Of a stretch of 64,000 nt of DNA, positions 62,312-64,000 are shown piece after piece (the stretch's first letter is position 1; each line of letters opens with the position of its first letter). The stretch lies in assembly GCA_963817915.1 (NCBI GenBank), contig CAWFQL010000010.1, positions 1-64,000 of the forward strand. Reading direction: 5' to 3'. The stretch comes from an uncultured candidate division Zixibacteria bacterium (GTDB lineage: Bacteria > Zixibacteria > MSB-5A5 > UBA10806). A program made the translations under genes and the position numbers. The notes beneath the pieces are model-generated. The model saw only the letters and a program-made list of their open reading frames with translations. It was not told the DNA's origin and ran no database searches.

Positions 62312-63805
62312 TTACTTTAAATACAGCAGTTTGATAACTTGAGAATTGTGGGACGCTCTTGCTCTGGCGAAATAGATTCCCGCTAGAGATTTTATTTGCC
62401 GGAGGCATCCCGGGCGTCCCATTTTATTTGTCCCTCCTCAATTTGTTCGGTCCCCAATGATTTGATTAATTGCCCATTGATGTTGTATATCTCGATCTCA
62501 CCTCCTTTCATGTTGGAATAGGTTATTACAGTCGTGGAATTAAAGGGGTTAGGATAAGCGGATAAACCTACCTCACTTGGAATCTGTCTTGATCATTGCA
62601 ATACCTGCAGGATCAGGATCGTAACGCTTGTAGTAAACTTCATCCCAGTAATGCGGTGGCCGTATGATTCCCACCACGCCACATGAAGCTTTCCCATATC
62701 GTATGAAATCCAGGGAGTATAGGAATACCCCTCGGCATTTGTAAGTCTGTAATAAGGGCTCCAGCTTTGCCCCAGATCCGCACTGTTTGTAAAACAAATC
62801 TCGTAATTGGAATTGCCATAGGCCGCGTCTCTATCGCACCAAACGGCATAAATGGAATCTCCCTTAACGGCAATAGAGGGATTAGAGGCCTTATGGTGGG
62901 TAGTGGCGTGTCGAATCTCACCCCAACTTCGCCCGCCATCAGTTGTGATTCGAACGAATACATCTCCCGGAAAACCATGTGAGAGGGTGAAGTCCATCCA
63001 GCCCACAGCTAGATATCCAGTCTCCTCGTCGCAGGCAACACAGGAGTGCTGAGCCACGTAGGGGTCAGGAGAAGAGATAAAGAAATGATCCGACCAATTC
63101 CGACCACCATCAAAGCTCACAGTGCCGTTAACCTCCCACCCCAAGCTTTCGGGTGGCGCATTGCCCGACCAGATAATATAGAGACTACCGCCGCAATTTA
63201 CAATCTGGAGAGGATTGGTATAAGCATATAGATATCTCAACGTAATCTCGTCACTCCAGCTCTGTCCCAAATCAGTGGAACGGAGGAATTTTAACGGCCT
63301 GTACCCAGTGGAATCGCTGTGATTGGAACCATAGATGGCATAAAGAGTGTCACCGATTATCTCCAGCGAAAAATCGTCAAAATTGCCTCCAAAGAAAGTG
63401 TCAAAGACATACCTTGGTCTTGACCATACCCCCCCCCTAACGAAGTGGAGAACCCAATATTGCGCACCCAGTTGACAGTATTGGTATCGATGTCACGCCA
63501 ATAGACCAAGGAACCTATCTCCCCAGAGGCGCAGACTGTGTAGGTTACATTTATGTCCTGAATCCTGCAAGCCAATTGCTTCTCCCCAAGCCCGCCCCCC
63601 ATCTGTACTGCGCATATAATAAATGGAATCGGTCGGGGAAATCTGCTCGTAGGTCACATGGACAGTGTCGCCTCTTGCTATTATCTCGGGCTTCGCTGCC
63701 ATCAAGACCGAAAGGTCAACCTTATGTCTTCGGACCAGCCGGCATTGGCTGCATCGCGGCAGTAAGGACTACGAATAAGATTATTAAAATTTAGGATTTG
63801 GGCAA
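62312..63805 (-). CDS. Paralog of the preceding gene, copy 2 (multiple frameshifts)
   Basis: Near-identical segments (LRYLYAYTNPLQIVNCGGSLYIIWSGNAPP..SSPDPYVAQHSCVACDEETGYLAVGWMD); ends GIYFARARASHNSQVIKLLYLK*. Confidence 0.78.
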
Positions 63806-63918
63806 ACGATGCCTCTCTGGTTTTGGTCGAAACTACTTGTTTAGTATAACAGATTTTTGGGGAAAAGGTATCGTTTATTTTTGTGTAAGGTGTGGCATGC
63901 TTCCACCGACATTCTTAT

Positions 63919-63973
63919 GTCGGGTTTTTTGAACCCGACCTACCCAGGCTATATATATTGTTAATTTAGATTG
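63919..63973. repeat. Copy of the palindrome and flank seen at 60721-60774
   Basis: GTCGGGTT.TTTGAACCCGACCTAC.CAGGCTATA...TAATTT.GATT shared. Confidence 0.8.
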
Positions 63974-64000
63974 GAGAGGACTTCGCCTACGGTATAATGA

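Noticed and set aside
62..63805. Widespread pseudogenisation or programmed frameshifting (dinD, protease, archease, flippase, GT4, ribE, dinB, dnaE2, uvrB, BNR paralogs)
   Set aside because: Breaks are small indels scattered over unrelated genes, including housekeeping ones, and catalytic motifs are intact. Uncorrected sequencing error is the simpler explanation; read polishing would settle it
60773..63805. Diversity-generating retroelement template/variable repeat pair
   Set aside because: The similarity spans whole genes, differences are not adenine-specific, and no reverse transcriptase is in the window

Overview
This is a bacterial chromosomal window, probably from an FCB-superphylum lineage such as candidate Zixibacteria. 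That assignment is inferred from a Cys-flanked dockerin-like C-terminus, several FlgD-Ig/T9SS-like C-termini and a Fibrobacter-type LexA box. 1-1150 holds an AT-rich type I restriction-modification fragment (hsdM end, dinD, hsdS start) joined head-on to a truncated BNR-repeat gene. About 1.1-36.9 kb is one minus-strand run. In transcription order it contains FMN riboswitch-ribD-ribE-ribBA-ribH-nusB; a glycosylation locus built around a DUF2723/TMEM260-like GT-C enzyme; accA-Trm112-like-PTS EIIA-mreC-mreD-mrdA-rodA-lgt-comF-archease-rtcB; ATP-PFK and PPi-PFK, gap, an Fn3 lipoprotein, pgk, tpiA, secG, tRNA-Leu(GAG); and a C1A protease. The right half has a secreted CTD protein, a dinB-dnaE2-tag cassette behind two TGCAC-N4-GT(G/T)CA boxes, mgtE, an aldo/keto reductase, a DUF3857/transglutaminase pair, biotin carboxylase and carrier, tenA, a four-subunit 2-oxoacid:ferredoxin oxidoreductase, uvrB and two tandem BNR+CTD paralogs. 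Intergenic regions carry mosaics of GTAG- and GTC-tagged palindromes, plus one ORF-free structured element of about 250 bp. Many genes, including ribE and uvrB, are split by small indels, which most likely reflects sequencing error. Best leads: the mutagenesis cassette (catalytically intact DinB plus DnaE2, no imuA, LexA-like boxes), the TMEM260-like glycosylation locus, the 50.3-50.6 kb element and a possible Zn-binding bL38-like small protein. All calls come from motif recognition only, with no database searches.
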